A stretch of 64,000 bases of DNA from an uncultured cyanobacterium (GCA_963719515.1 CAVRCJ010000003.1:672001-736000), one strand, 5' to 3'. Positions 1 through 10,246 are shown, counted from the first letter of the stretch. Notes: generated from the sequence alone by a model not told the origin. Made by a program: numbers and translations.

Positions 1-243
1 ACTCAGGTAGAGCAGGAGGTTGTCCTCAACCAGCAGGGAGCAGCAGACGGACATATTCGGCTGTGGGTCGACGGCACCCTGGTGATCGACGAACCGGGGC
101 TGACCTTCCGCACCACCGACGCGCTCCAGCTCGATGGGCTATTTTTCTCTACTTTTTTTGGCGGCGGTGACCCTTCTTGGGCTACGCCCGAGGATGCTTA
201 TGTGGACTTTGCAGACTTTACCATTGACGGGGGCGGCCCCTAG
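1..243 (+). CDS. 3' end of polysaccharide lyase (PL14-like), partial
   Basis: Frame 1 is open to TAG at 241-243: ...NQQGAADGHIRLWVDG...GLTFRT...GLFFSTFFGGGDPSWATPED; FSTFFGG motif. Confidence 0.7.
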   Translation, partial: TQVEQEVVLNQQGAADGHIRLWVDGTLVIDEPGLTFRTTDALQLDGLFFSTFFGGGDPSWATPEDAYVDFADFTIDGGGP

Positions 244-272
244 TTTTGGCTGGGAGGGGTGCGCTGCCCCCC

Positions 273-578
273 CTACAGCGGACCGTTAATCTTGCCGTTT
301 AACCCATATACCCGCCGTTCCCCGACTAGCGGTATCAGCGTCACCTCGCGCTCGTCCCCCGGCTCAAACCGCACCGCTGTCCCCGCTGGAATATCTAACC
401 GTAGCCCCCGCGCCGCCTCGCGGTCGTACCGCAGCGCCTCGTTCACCTCGTAAAAATGAAAGTGGGAGCCGACCTGTATGGGGCGATCGCCTGTGTTGGC
501 GACGGTGATGGTGGTGGTGGGGCGACCGGCGTTGAGCTCGATGTCGCCTGACTCTGGAAGTAGTTCGCCTGGAATCAT
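273..578 (-). CDS. ureB: urease beta subunit
   Basis: MIPGE...[19 protein letters not shown]...[15 protein letters not shown]. Confidence 0.97.
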   Translation of the reverse strand: MIPGELLPESGDIELNAGRPTTTITVANTGDRPIQVGSHFHFYEVNEALRYDREAARGLRLDIPAGTAVRFEPGDEREVTLIPLVGERRVYGLNGKINGPL

Positions 579-598
579 GGGTTTAGAGGGTTAATTCG

Positions 599-901
599 CT
601 ATTGGATGGGATCGTGGATGGTGACCAATTTGGTGCCGTCGGGGAAGGTCGCTTCCACCTGCACCTCATGCAGCATCTCCGCGATGCCGTCCATCACGTC
701 ATCCTGCGAGAGCAAGGTTGTGCCATAGCTCATCAAATCTGCCACGGTACGCCCGTCCCTGGCTCCTTCTAGGACGGCGGCTGAAATGAAGGCGATCGCT
801 TCCGGGTAGTTGAGCTTTACGCCGCGCTCCTTGCGACGTTCGGCGAGCAGCGCCGCCGTGAAGATCATCAGCTTGTCTTTTTCTTGAGGCGTCAGTTGCA
901 T
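599..901 (-). CDS. ureA: urease gamma subunit
   Basis: [11 protein letters not shown]...LNYPEA...[17 protein letters not shown]. Confidence 0.97.
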   Translation of the reverse strand: MQLTPQEKDKLMIFTAALLAERRKERGVKLNYPEAIAFISAAVLEGARDGRTVADLMSYGTTLLSQDDVMDGIAEMLHEVQVEATFPDGTKLVTIHDPIQ

Positions 902-980
902 GGTCTATGAGTTGAGTGGATTCGATGGCGGCCCTGTCGGGACGCTGCAGAGCCGGCGGCATTCCAGCCCCTACCAAAAT

Positions 981-2324
981 TTATCGTTTCAGCCACAGCC
1001 GCGCCAAAACAACCATAGGCTGAAGATACAAATAGACGGCGAAAGGGATAAATCCCGCATCCGTCATCAGCACCGTTGCCGGAACGAGCCCAGCAATATT
1101 CCAGGGTACCAGGGGAGACAGCACCACGACAGTGTTCTCTAGATCCAATGCTAGAGCCGGGCTAGAGAATTCAGCCTGCCGGTCGCTGCCCTGCGGCCCG
1201 GTCCAAACGCCGTCATGCCTCTGATACTGCGGCTGAACCAGCTGCTGCGTCAGCAAAATCGCGATCGTTTGCGTGCAGCCAAACATCGCCGTAACGAGGC
1301 CTACCAGCCCCGTACTTAAAAACTGCTGCGCCCGGCGCTTGGGCTGATGCAGCCGGTCTACCTCACTCAGTAGCCCAGCGCCTGCCAAAAACCCGGCCAG
1401 CGCCGTCGACACCACCACGACCCCACACACCCGCGCCATCGCCACCAGCCCTCCTCCCTGAAACAGCCCCCCGGCGACAGCGTCAGGGGAGGAAAACCCC
1501 GTGAGGGCAAACCCTAGAAGCTCCTGCGGCGCGAATCCCTGAACCCCAGAGGCGATCGCCGCCGCCACCCCAATGCTGAGGGTCAGCGTGTAGAGCACCG
1601 GTACCCGCACCGCCGATAGCCCAAGCACTACCACAGCTGGCAGAACGACGCTCCAGTGCAGCACGAAGGTCTGAGCGATCGCCTCCCGCAGCTGTCGGTC
1701 AAGGGCGAGGGGAGGAGTAGCCCAAGACATCGCGCCGTAGAACAACACCGATAGCGCCACCGGCAGCAGCGCCGTGCGGGCCATAGCCTGAAGATTGGCG
1801 TGGAGGGACGTACCTGTGAGGGTGGCGACCAGATTAGCGCTGGAAGACACCGGAGAGCAGCGATCGCCGATGTAGGCTCCGCCGATAATCGCTCCAGCCA
1901 GGAGATGGGGATTGACGTCGCTGCCGCTGGCCATGGTCATTAGCGCTAAGCCGATGGTGCTAGCGCTGCCGAACGACGTGCCGATCAGCACGGAAACCAC
2001 TCCCGGCAGCACGAACGCCCACACCAAAAAGTAGCGGGGCTGAATCACCTGCAGCCCCCAAGACACCAGCGCCGGCACCGTGCCTGCCGCCATCCACAGC
2101 GCCACCAGCACCCCAATCAGCAGCAAAATCAGAATTACCGACAGTGACTTGCGGATTCCCCCCAGCCCCAAGTGCAGCAGCGATCGCCAGGCCGTCCCCC
2201 GACGGCGCGCTACGACCCCGAAAGTCAACAGGGCCCCCAGCAGGGGATAGACCATGTATACCCCTTGGGAAACGCCGGCTAGCAGCAGCGCGAACGAGAG
2301 GGCGATCGCTAGGGCAATATCCAC
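981..2324 (-). CDS. Na+/H+ antiporter NhaC-family membrane protein
   Basis: Multi-TM; GTSFGSASTIG, GAIIGGAYIGDRCSPVSSS and LVPWN motifs. Confidence 0.85.
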   Translation of the reverse strand: MDIALAIALSFALLLAGVSQGVYMVYPLLGALLTFGVVARRRGTAWRSLLHLGLGGIRKSLSVILILLLIGVLVALWMAAGTVPALVSWGLQVIQPRYFLVWAFVLPGVVSVLIGTSFGSASTIGLALMTMASGSDVNPHLLAGAIIGGAYIGDRCSPVSSSANLVATLTGTSLHANLQAMARTALLPVALSVLFYGAMSWATPPLALDRQLREAIAQTFVLHWSVVLPAVVVLGLSAVRVPVLYTLTLSIGVAAAIASGVQGFAPQELLGFALTGFSSPDAVAGGLFQGGGLVAMARVCGVVVVSTALAGFLAGAGLLSEVDRLHQPKRRAQQFLSTGLVGLVTAMFGCTQTIAILLTQQLVQPQYQRHDGVWTGPQGSDRQAEFSSPALALDLENTVVVLSPLVPWNIAGLVPATVLMTDAGFIPFAVYLYLQPMVVLARLWLKR

Positions 2325-2394
2325 AGCATCACGATAGATTGAGGTGCTTTCTACGGTAAGGCGTAAGTTAAAGCGCGTTCAACCGGAAGCAGCC

Positions 2395-2409
2395 ATGGTA
2401 TTGATTCAT
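2395..2409. promoter_or_regulatory. candidate LysR T-N11-A box
   Basis: ATG-N9-CAT dyad (ATGGTATTGATTCAT) between the divergent nhaC-like and lysR genes. Confidence 0.35.
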
Positions 2410-2503
2410 ATCATCGATAGATTAAAAAGGAAGATTCCGCGATAACGGGAGGTAGTTACGCGGGCGACTGGGCAACGCTCCGTTGACACTACGGCATCGA
2501 TAG

Positions 2504-3406
2504 ATGAATGTAGCCGCCTGCTCTCTCAAACTCTCCCAGCTCAAAGCCTTTTGGGCCGTTGCCCAGTGCGGCAACTTTAGCGCCGCCGCGCTAGAGCTAA
2601 ACGTTACCCAGTCCACTATTAGCCACGCGATCGCCGCTCTGGAAACCGAGCTGGGCGTGGTGGTGCTCTCGCGGGGTCGCCACGGCGCAGCGTTGACGCC
2701 CGTTGGCGAAGAGCTGCTGCCGGACGTCTGCGAAGTGCTGGAGCGGCTGTGCCAGATTCAGCAGATGGCGACTCAGGCGCGCGAGCTACATCGAGGTCAT
2801 GTGCGGGTCAGCTGCGTTCGCAGCGTCGCGACCCACCTGCTGCCTGACATCATGGCCCAGTTTCATGAGGCCTTTCCCGACATTCAGCTCACCCTTATGG
2901 AAACCGATCGCTACGTCGAGATTGAGCAGGCGCTGCGAGAAGGCCATATCGACGTTGGATTTGTCTGCCTCCCTGTGGGGCTAGAGTTTGACGCTTGGGA
3001 GGTCCACCGGGATGAATTCGTCGCGCTGCTGCCGCCAGAGGCCCTGCCCCCCGGCACCCCCCTCACCTGGGAAACCCTGCTGCAGCAAACCTTGATCATG
3101 ACGCCGCTCACCGGGCTGCACCACACAAAGCTAGTGCGCGACCACCTGGCTCAGCTCGGCCATACCCTCACCATCAGCAGTGAAGTGCGGCAGGATTCAA
3201 CGGTGCTGGGCATGGTGCATCGAGGATTGGGAGCCACTATTATGCCGCGCATGGCGGCGGAACCCATTCCTAAAGGCGTGGTGGTGCGATCGCTGCCGGT
3301 GCCGCTCCATCGGGCAACGGGGGTCGCGACCCTGGCGAGTGCCCTGCTGCCTCGGGCGGCGTTTGCCTTTTTAGATACGGTGCGCGGTTTGAAATTCAGA
3401 GCCTAA
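2504..3406 (+). CDS. LysR-family transcriptional regulator
   Basis: N-terminal HTH NFSAAALELNVTQSTISHAIAALETELG; 300 aa. Confidence 0.95.
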   Translation: MNVAACSLKLSQLKAFWAVAQCGNFSAAALELNVTQSTISHAIAALETELGVVVLSRGRHGAALTPVGEELLPDVCEVLERLCQIQQMATQARELHRGHVRVSCVRSVATHLLPDIMAQFHEAFPDIQLTLMETDRYVEIEQALREGHIDVGFVCLPVGLEFDAWEVHRDEFVALLPPEALPPGTPLTWETLLQQTLIMTPLTGLHHTKLVRDHLAQLGHTLTISSEVRQDSTVLGMVHRGLGATIMPRMAAEPIPKGVVVRSLPVPLHRATGVATLASALLPRAAFAFLDTVRGLKFRA

Positions 3407-3468
3407 ATAATGGTGGGGGCTAGAAGCCAAAGAAACAAATTTCACTAGAGGGAGTCTGATGTCTATAA

Positions 3469-3526
3469 GAGAGCGTTTGAAAAGTCACAAACGTACTGCT
3501 CTAACCGATACTTTTCAGACATCCTC
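3469..3526. mobile_element. 58-bp mini-MITE / IS end remnant
   Basis: 18-bp inverted ends AGAGAGCGTTTGAAAAGT / ACTTTTCAGACATCCTCT (14/18 match); GAG...CTC termini flanked by TAA/TGA. Confidence 0.45.
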
Positions 3527-3595
3527 TGAGACGACCGCAGAACTGGTGCTAATTTGCGATCGCTCCTGACGTTGCGCTAGGCTCGCCATTGCCCC

Positions 3596-4696
3596 ATGGA
3601 ATTTACTAAACATCAGACTAACATTGCTAAAGGCGTTGCCATTTGCCTGATGTTTATTCATCACCTCTATGGGTTTAGCGATCGCCTCCTTGAGGGCAAC
3701 CGCTACAGCCCAATCCTTGACTCCTTGCCGGTGGAATTTCACGTGGCGAAGTTTGGAAATATTTGCGTCTCCGTCTTTCTATTTTTGTCCGGTTACGGCC
3801 TCTTTCTTGGCTACTGCCGCTCTTCAAAGGGCTCATTTCACTACGCCGGGGAAAAGCTTATTGGCTTCTACAAAACGTACTGGCTTTACTTCTTAATTTT
3901 TGCCCCCATTGGGCTAATCTTTTTCCAGGACGTGACGCTTTGGGACTCTCAGCAGATTCGCTACGCCGCCGACCCTGCAACTTTTCTATCCAATTTTTTC
4001 GGCTGGCAGTCGACCTATAACCAAGAGTGGTGGTTTGTTCGCCTATTTGCGGTGACCCTCGCGGCGCTATTTCCTCTGTATGCCATGCTGGCGCAAACCG
4101 GTCAAACTGGAGCGATCGCTGCCGCTAGCTTTCTGTTGGCCCTCATCGGTTACCACAGCGATCCCTACGGCGTCTGGGGCTTCACCTTTTGGCAACCCTC
4201 ATTCGCCCTGGGAATTGTCTATGCTCGGTTTAATCTCTTTTCAAGACATCGCCTTACGGGTGTTAAGTCAGGCTGGGCCGGGATAGCCTGGGGCTGGGCG
4301 GGGCCGATACTGCTATTGTTTGCGCTGCGCACCTTTGCTCTCGGCTCTAGTCCCAAGCTAGATTTCTTGATGGCCCCGGTTTTTATCTATTGCTCTGTTC
4401 AGGCGATCGCTGCGCTGCGCTTGTCTCGGCCGGTGGCATACCTGGGGCAGTATTCGTTTCCCTTGTGGCTAACCCACTCCTTTTTCTGCTACTACTATTT
4501 CCAAGACATTGTTTATGCGCCGCGCTGGTCCCCTTTGATTTTTTTACTGCTGCTGGCGCTCTCTTTACCGACCGTGCTAGGCATCGAGCTTTTGGGTAAG
4601 CTTGCCGCTAGCATCAGCTTTAAATGGTTCATCGTTCCGCTCAATCGTCTTCGTAAGTTGCCCAAGATTGAGGCGTTTCTGAAACTGCCACTTTGA
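3596..4696 (+). CDS. acyltransferase family 3 (OafA-like) membrane protein
   Basis: KGVAICLMFIHH, VSVFLFLSGYG, WWFV, LGQYSFPLWLTH; multi-TM. Confidence 0.88.
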   Translation: MEFTKHQTNIAKGVAICLMFIHHLYGFSDRLLEGNRYSPILDSLPVEFHVAKFGNICVSVFLFLSGYGLFLGYCRSSKGSFHYAGEKLIGFYKTYWLYFLIFAPIGLIFFQDVTLWDSQQIRYAADPATFLSNFFGWQSTYNQEWWFVRLFAVTLAALFPLYAMLAQTGQTGAIAAASFLLALIGYHSDPYGVWGFTFWQPSFALGIVYARFNLFSRHRLTGVKSGWAGIAWGWAGPILLLFALRTFALGSSPKLDFLMAPVFIYCSVQAIAALRLSRPVAYLGQYSFPLWLTHSFFCYYYFQDIVYAPRWSPLIFLLLLALSLPTVLGIELLGKLAASISFKWFIVPLNRLRKLPKIEAFLKLPL

Positions 4697-5030
4697 GGGC
4701 GACGTCTTCGGGGAGTTCGCTCTTTGTTTTGTCGTAAACAAACTTGGCAATCATTTCTGCTGTAGTGCCATAGTTTTCCGGAATAACCTCATTCAGTACG
4801 CAGTGGTCAAGTCCTCCTTTGAGCATGTCCTGCTTTGCCCAGCGCAGCGTTTTAAAGTCGGCAACCATGGTCGGGCGAGGGCAGCGTTCTGAGGGATGAA
4901 GTTGGCGAGAGACGGCTTCAAGCTTGACCCGGTAGGTATGTCCATGCATTCGGCCGCACGACCCCTCGTAGTCTTGAATATAATGGGCGGCATCAAACGT
5001 AAATTCAGTCGTGAGAGTCCACTTTGGCAT
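4641..5030 (-). CDS. queD: 6-carboxytetrahydropterin synthase (QueD/PTPS family)
   Basis: FDAAH, CGRMHGHTY, LDH..LN, TAE, VSET motifs; start chosen at MPKW; 3' end overlaps the convergent acyltransferase. Confidence 0.85.
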   Translation of the reverse strand: MPKWTLTTEFTFDAAHYIQDYEGSCGRMHGHTYRVKLEAVSRQLHPSERCPRPTMVADFKTLRWAKQDMLKGGLDHCVLNEVIPENYGTTAEMIAKFVYDKTKSELPEDVALKVAVSETPQSWATYEDD

Positions 5031-5213
5031 AGGTTTTGGTGATAGGAAAATGGCATCAGGCTTTGTAGCCATACCGATAGATTTCAATATAGTAGTCGTT
5101 AATTTAGAAGGAGAGGAGTTCCCAAACCCCTTAGGGGTCTGGCACCTTCTAGTATGTGAAGCCAATGTTTTCTGCAGCACCCCACTTGAGACCGGTGAGC
5201 AAGGCCAGGCCAC

Positions 5214-5278
5214 CCAATGTCGCTATTCAATGTCGCTATCCAGAGTCGCTATTCAATGTCGCTATCCAGAGTCGCTAA
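5214..5278. repeat. 5 x 13-bp intergenic tandem repeat
   Basis: CCAATGTCGCTAT, TCAATGTCGCTAT, CCAGAGTCGCTAT, TCAATGTCGCTAT, CCAGAGTCGCTAA. Confidence 0.9.
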
Positions 5279-5343
5279 CCCCGCATCGCTCTGGCCTATT
5301 CCCTGCGGGGCCTGCTGAAGGGCGCACCTGGGCTGGGAAAATC

Positions 5344-6435
5344 CTACTTTTGCCGCACGGGCTGGGAGGACGCGAGCAGCTCTAGAACGGCGCACTCGTA
5401 GCGCTCTAAATAATCAACCGTCTGCTGAGCGGACTGCATCAGGGGAACCAAGTCCCCTGAAAGGTAGGCCTCAGGAACGCGGGGATGCACGTAGTACTTG
5501 CGGCAGGTTGCCGGGCGATTGCCGAGCTGCTTTGCCACCGCTTTAATGGCCGTCACCACCCGCTGCTGGGCCGCCGGCTTCGAGTCTTCTGGCCCCATCC
5601 CCCCTAGCTCCAAAGCGGTCAGCACCGTGCCGCCCCAGGTGCGAAACTCTTTTGCCGTCAGGTCTTCACCCGTTAGAGCCTGCAGATAGTCATTCACATC
5701 TTCCGAATCCACCTGCTGGCGTTGGCCCTCGTCGTCGATGTATTGAAATAGCCTGTATCCCGGAATCTCGTAGCAGCGCTTGATAATCTTCACCAGCTGC
5801 TTATCGGCCAGCGCAATGTGATGGTTCACGCCGCTCTTGCCGGTGAACTCAAACTCAACTTGACTTCCCTCAATATCAACATGGCGCGTCCGTAGGGTCG
5901 TCAATCCGTAGGAGCTATTCTCGCGGGCATATTCGACGTTGCCGATGCGAATCAGCGTCGTTTCCAGCAGCCTCACGACTAAGGCCAGCACCTTCTGGCG
6001 CGGTAGCCCCCGCAGGCGCAGGTGAACCTCGGTCTGTTCTCGAATTCGGGAGAGCATCTTGCCAAAGGTCTGCAGGCGCTCAAACTTGACCTCGTTGCGA
6101 AGTCTGCGCCACTCGGGGTGGTAGCGATATTGCTTCCGGCCCTTGGCGTCTCGCCCGGTAGCAATCAGGTGACCGTTTTCGAAGGGGCAAATCCAGACGT
6201 CTTTCCAGGAGGGCGGAATCGGCAGCTGTTTGAGGCGATCGCGCTCGGCTTTACTTTTAATTCGGCTGCCGTCCACGTCGAAATAGCTAAACCCTCGCCC
6301 TACCTTTCGACGTCGTACACCGGGCTGCCGGTCGCTGACGTACCGCAGCCCCAGCTTGCGTGCCGCTTTGATTGGGGATCTATTCACTGGAGACGGTCGA
6401 CCTGTAGGTATTGCCCTGGCTTTAGTTAAGCGCAA
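5344..6435 (-). CDS. bacterial DNA topoisomerase IB
   Basis: IPPSWKDVWIC, GRDAKGRKQYRYH, RIGN, GKSG, KEFRTW, LGNRPATCRKYY; start uncertain. Confidence 0.92.
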   Translation of the reverse strand: MRLTKARAIPTGRPSPVNRSPIKAARKLGLRYVSDRQPGVRRRKVGRGFSYFDVDGSRIKSKAERDRLKQLPIPPSWKDVWICPFENGHLIATGRDAKGRKQYRYHPEWRRLRNEVKFERLQTFGKMLSRIREQTEVHLRLRGLPRQKVLALVVRLLETTLIRIGNVEYARENSSYGLTTLRTRHVDIEGSQVEFEFTGKSGVNHHIALADKQLVKIIKRCYEIPGYRLFQYIDDEGQRQQVDSEDVNDYLQALTGEDLTAKEFRTWGGTVLTALELGGMGPEDSKPAAQQRVVTAIKAVAKQLGNRPATCRKYYVHPRVPEAYLSGDLVPLMQSAQQTVDYLERYECAVLELLASSQPVRQK

Positions 6436-6584
6436 CGCTGTGGCTGTATTCCCCTATCTAAAGGGCTGACCTTGGATCTATCAGGGGTTGCGCTTTCATT
6501 TCTGTCTTTTGAGCGACGTGCCGCCTCAGGGTTGTAGAGGAAAATCCTAGGGCTGGATTTCTACAAACAGGCGGCAAATTTAAC

Positions 6585-7391
6585 ATGCGTGGACTTGAAG
6601 GCAAAAGCGTTTTGGTAACGGGAGCCAGCACGGGAATTGGACGGGCGATCGCCCAGCGGTTTGCGGAGGAAGGCGCCAAAGTTTGCGTCAACTATTACAG
6701 CAGCCCTGAAGAAGCGGAAGACACGAAAGCGCAGATGCTAGAAGCCTGTAGCGAGATGGAGAGCTGCAGCCTACAGAAGCCCATCCTCGTCCAGGCGGAC
6801 GTTTCCGAGCCGGAAGACGTGACGCGGCTATTTAACGAAACGATTACGGCCTTTGGCGGTCTAGATATCTTAGTCAACAACGCCGGCATCCAGTTTGAAG
6901 GGCCCTCCCACGAGATTGAGCTATCCAAGTTCAACAAAATGCTGGACGTCAACCTGCGGGGCGCTTACCTCTGCGCTCGTCAGGCGCTGAAGCATTTTGT
7001 CGACCACGACGTCAAAGGGGTGATCATCAACAACTCCAGCGTCCATGAGGTGATTCCTCGCCCCGGCTACCTGGGCTACACCATGAGTAAGGGCGGCATG
7101 GAGAACATGACCCGCACCCTGGCGCTAGAATACGCCCGCAGAGGCATCCGGGTAAATGCCATTGGCCCAGGTGCCACCATCACGCCCATCAACGACGACT
7201 GGATCAACGACCCGGAAGAGCGCCAAAAAATTGAGGAGTTCATCCCGATGGGTCGGTCCGGGACGCCGGAAGAGATGGCGGTTGCCGTCGCGTTTTTGGC
7301 CTCTGACGATGCGTCCTACATCACGGGTCAAACCCTGTTCATCGACGGCGGTTTAACCCTTTACCCCGGCTTTCGAGAGCCAATCACTTAG
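6585..7391 (+). CDS. SDR oxidoreductase, glucose 1-dehydrogenase-like
   Basis: TGASTGIG, NNAG, SSVHEVIP, YTMSK, YITGQTLFIDGG. Confidence 0.9.
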   Translation: MRGLEGKSVLVTGASTGIGRAIAQRFAEEGAKVCVNYYSSPEEAEDTKAQMLEACSEMESCSLQKPILVQADVSEPEDVTRLFNETITAFGGLDILVNNAGIQFEGPSHEIELSKFNKMLDVNLRGAYLCARQALKHFVDHDVKGVIINNSSVHEVIPRPGYLGYTMSKGGMENMTRTLALEYARRGIRVNAIGPGATITPINDDWINDPEERQKIEEFIPMGRSGTPEEMAVAVAFLASDDASYITGQTLFIDGGLTLYPGFREPIT

Positions 7392-7430
7392 GTCACCGAC
7401 TTAGGTCACCCGCTAGCCTCCGCAGCTGCC

Positions 7431-8618
7431 CTAATGCCGCAGGGGCGCGGCGATGTCGAAGGGAAACGCCACGGTAAAGGCTGTGCCTTCCCCGACGGTA
7501 GAGGCGACCTGGATGGTGCCCTGCATCAGCTTAACGAGCTGAGCGACGATCGCTAGCCCCAAGCCCGTGCCGCCTTGATTGACGTCAGCGCCATCGGCGG
7601 TGCGAAAGTAGGCGTCAAAAATCTGGGTTTGCTCAGCGGGAGTGATGCCTACACCGCTGTCGGCTATGGTGGTGGACCAGCGATCGCCCTTGAGGATCTG
7701 GCAGGTGATGGTAATGCTGCCGCTGTCAGTGTACTGAATAGCGTTGCTGATCAGGTTCGTCAGGATTTGCTGCAGCCGCAGCGGGTCGATAACCACCGTT
7801 GGGGGAGCGCGATCGCAGTCTACAACCAGCGTCAGCGATTTTTCCCGCGACAGGGGTTCGACCATTTCGACAACGGTGCGAATGGTTTCCCGGGGGTCAA
7901 CCGTCCCCGCTTCTATCAGCGTCTCGCCAACGCGCGAGATCTCAAGGGTGTTGTTGATGAGCCGCAGCAGCAGGCGTCCGCTGCGCAGCACCCGCTCGAT
8001 GCTTTCTATATTAGGGGACGACTCTTTAGGGCCCATTTGCTGCTGGCGCAAAAACGTATCGGCGTACCCAATGATGGAGGTGAGGGGGGTCTTTAGCTCG
8101 TGGGCCATGTGGGAGACGCTGTTGCGGTTGACCCGGACGAGCCGGGTTAGCTCCTGGTTGGTCAACTGCATCTGGCTTTTGAGCTGCTCGAGCTCGTTGA
8201 ATCGCGCTTGGGTATAGCTGTTAAAGCAGCGGGCGATCGCCTCGTCAATGATGGTGTCGATCAGGCGTACGGTACGCAGCACTTCTTGGGGCGTCCCCTG
8301 CAGCAAATCCTCCTCCAAAGCAGAAAAGGTGATTGTTCTCAGAAGGCGGTACTCCCTGGCAATCTCGGCAGGCTCAAACCCCTGCTCGGCGCGGACGATA
8401 CCGTGCGTTAGGCTTGCCTCTACGATTATTTCTAGGTCGTTCTCCTCCGTCTGGGACAGCACCGTAGCGAGTCCCTTGAGCACCTGAGGCAGGCTGTCGC
8501 GCACGGCCTTAAACGTCAGCTCGTCGGTTGCCTCAATTTGCTGATCGTTAAAAACAGCCTCAATCCATTGAGCGACAATCGCGTCGCGCTTAAGATCTAG
8601 AATTTCGCTAAAATTCAT
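7431..8618 (-). CDS. cytoplasmic sensor histidine kinase (RsbRD-N-like input domain)
   Basis: H-box HELKTPLTSI, N-box NLISNA, G-boxes DSGVGI and GTGLGL; no TM. Confidence 0.9.
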   Translation of the reverse strand: MNFSEILDLKRDAIVAQWIEAVFNDQQIEATDELTFKAVRDSLPQVLKGLATVLSQTEENDLEIIVEASLTHGIVRAEQGFEPAEIAREYRLLRTITFSALEEDLLQGTPQEVLRTVRLIDTIIDEAIARCFNSYTQARFNELEQLKSQMQLTNQELTRLVRVNRNSVSHMAHELKTPLTSIIGYADTFLRQQQMGPKESSPNIESIERVLRSGRLLLRLINNTLEISRVGETLIEAGTVDPRETIRTVVEMVEPLSREKSLTLVVDCDRAPPTVVIDPLRLQQILTNLISNAIQYTDSGSITITCQILKGDRWSTTIADSGVGITPAEQTQIFDAYFRTADGADVNQGGTGLGLAIVAQLVKLMQGTIQVASTVGEGTAFTVAFPFDIAAPLRH

Positions 8619-8736
8619 GCCTCTCCACAGGAATATCGTATGGCCCGCTCGCGGTCTAGATTGCTCCTAGGCATTAGGACGAGGCTGTTTCTACCGTTTA
8701 ATATTAAGGCAAGACGTCTACAGCCCTACCAGAGCC

Positions 8737-9162
8737 ATGCTGAAAATCAACGATCGCCTAGCGATTCCGCTGAGTGAGATAGACCTCAGCGCCATTCGCT
8801 CTCAGGGGGCTGGGGGGCAAAACGTCAACAAGGTGGCAACGGCCATTCACCTACGGTTTGATATCGACGCCTCATCCCTCCCCCCCTATGTTAAAGATCG
8901 CCTGACGGCCCTGAGCGATCGCCGTATTACTAAAGACGGTGTCATCGTCCTCAAAGCTCAGCAGCACCGCACCCAAGAGCAAAACCGGGACGACGCCCTC
9001 CTGCGGCTAAAGCAGCTGATTCAAAAGGCACTGATTGTAGCCGCGCCCCGCAGGACCACCCGCCCCTCCCGCCGCGCCAAGCAGCGGCGGCTGGACGGTA
9101 AGACAAAGCGGGGACAACTCAAAGCGCTTCGGCGTAAGGTGTCTGAACCCTTAGATTCTTGA
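8737..9162 (+). CDS. arfB: alternative ribosome rescue peptidyl-tRNA hydrolase
   Basis: RSQGAGGQNVNKV (GGQ motif), RTQEQNR, basic C-terminal tail. Confidence 0.93.
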   Translation: MLKINDRLAIPLSEIDLSAIRSQGAGGQNVNKVATAIHLRFDIDASSLPPYVKDRLTALSDRRITKDGVIVLKAQQHRTQEQNRDDALLRLKQLIQKALIVAAPRRTTRPSRRAKQRRLDGKTKRGQLKALRRKVSEPLDS

Positions 9163-9233
9163 TTGTCCTGTGCCTTTGTCGCGTCTTCCGTTTTTATAAA
9201 ACCCACATCCAATCGTTTACTTAGAACAAACTT

Positions 9234-9626
9234 ATGAATCGATTCAGCTTTTTTGCAGCAGCGCTAACGATGGGCTTCACTGCCCTGAGCGCCATCCCAG
9301 CCGCAGCCCAGCCGCAGCAGGGGGCGGAGCTGTTCAACGCAGATCTGGCGCGGGCCAAAAACCTTGCCCGGCAAGTCGGTGAGCGGGAGAATGGCGGCAT
9401 CCTCGAATATCGGACAGAGCTGGCCATGCATGGCCCTGCCGAAGAGGCTCCGTTTGTCGAAAACGCCGACGGCAGCTGGACGTTTACCTTCCAGGGGTGC
9501 CGCACTGAGCTGCTCGACAGCACAGGCCAATGTAGCACCTACACTGTCGAGTCTGTGGTCACGGTCACCCCAGACAATACAGTCACCCTCGATGCGAACC
9601 GTACCCTTCCTGTAGACCAGCCCTAG
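9234..9626 (+). CDS. secreted hypothetical protein
   Basis: Signal peptide ending AAA; 130 aa. Confidence 0.75.
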   Translation: MNRFSFFAAALTMGFTALSAIPAAAQPQQGAELFNADLARAKNLARQVGERENGGILEYRTELAMHGPAEEAPFVENADGSWTFTFQGCRTELLDSTGQCSTYTVESVVTVTPDNTVTLDANRTLPVDQP

Positions 9627-10183
9627 CTGGCGCGCCCGTACTCTTCAGTCGTGACGTTGCCCTGAGCGTCAAGGGTTTGCACCATGCAGTTGCCGTCGGC
9701 AAACGTCTTGATGTAAGCGGTGGGCTCTTGCAGATAGCCGTAGGTCACGCTGCTATCTGCATTTTCCTGAATGGCGACGGGAGAGGCTTTGTCGAGTACG
9801 GGTTGATAAGGCTTTTGCGTAATGGTGAGCAGAGGCTCGGCGTCTTGCCAGGTCACCTGAGCCGTTTGACTCGGAGTGCTGCAAAGAACGTCTGTGCCCT
9901 GAATTCCGACCGCTGGGTTCGCCGAGGGAACCGTCGACTGCGGCGCGGCAGTGGACTCCGTTGGGGCCTCCGTCGCGGTGGTGGCTGGAGGGGAGGCCGC
10001 TGGTGCGCCTTCGGTTGCTGCAGGTGGATTAGAAGCGGCTGGGTTAGCGTCGTCTCCGGGACCACAGCCTATCATCAGCCCTGAGAGGAGAATCAGGCAA
10101 GCGCCTAGGGCTGCGGGGCGTGCCAGCCGTTGATTAGTGAAGGTGCTAGCCAAAGCCGTTGGTTTCATGTCGTTTGTGATCAT
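9623..10183 (-). CDS. putative lipoprotein
   Basis: Hydrophobic segment ending MIGC, then Ala/Pro/Thr-rich linker. Confidence 0.7.
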   Translation of the reverse strand: MITNDMKPTALASTFTNQRLARPAALGACLILLSGLMIGCGPGDDANPAASNPPAATEGAPAASPPATTATEAPTESTAAPQSTVPSANPAVGIQGTDVLCSTPSQTAQVTWQDAEPLLTITQKPYQPVLDKASPVAIQENADSSVTYGYLQEPTAYIKTFADGNCMVQTLDAQGNVTTEEYGRAS

Positions 10184-10246
10184 TATTTCCTGTCCGCTTC
10201 AGTTCAGATTAACTAGAATTCTATACGCCAAGCCCTCTGCTTTGAT

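Noticed and set aside
273..901. ureAB without ureC
   Set aside because: Urease genes are often dispersed in cyanobacteria, and the window edge is close.
5214..5278. Possible CRISPR array
   Set aside because: 13-bp units with no unique spacers and no cas genes; no CRISPR array was seen anywhere in the window.
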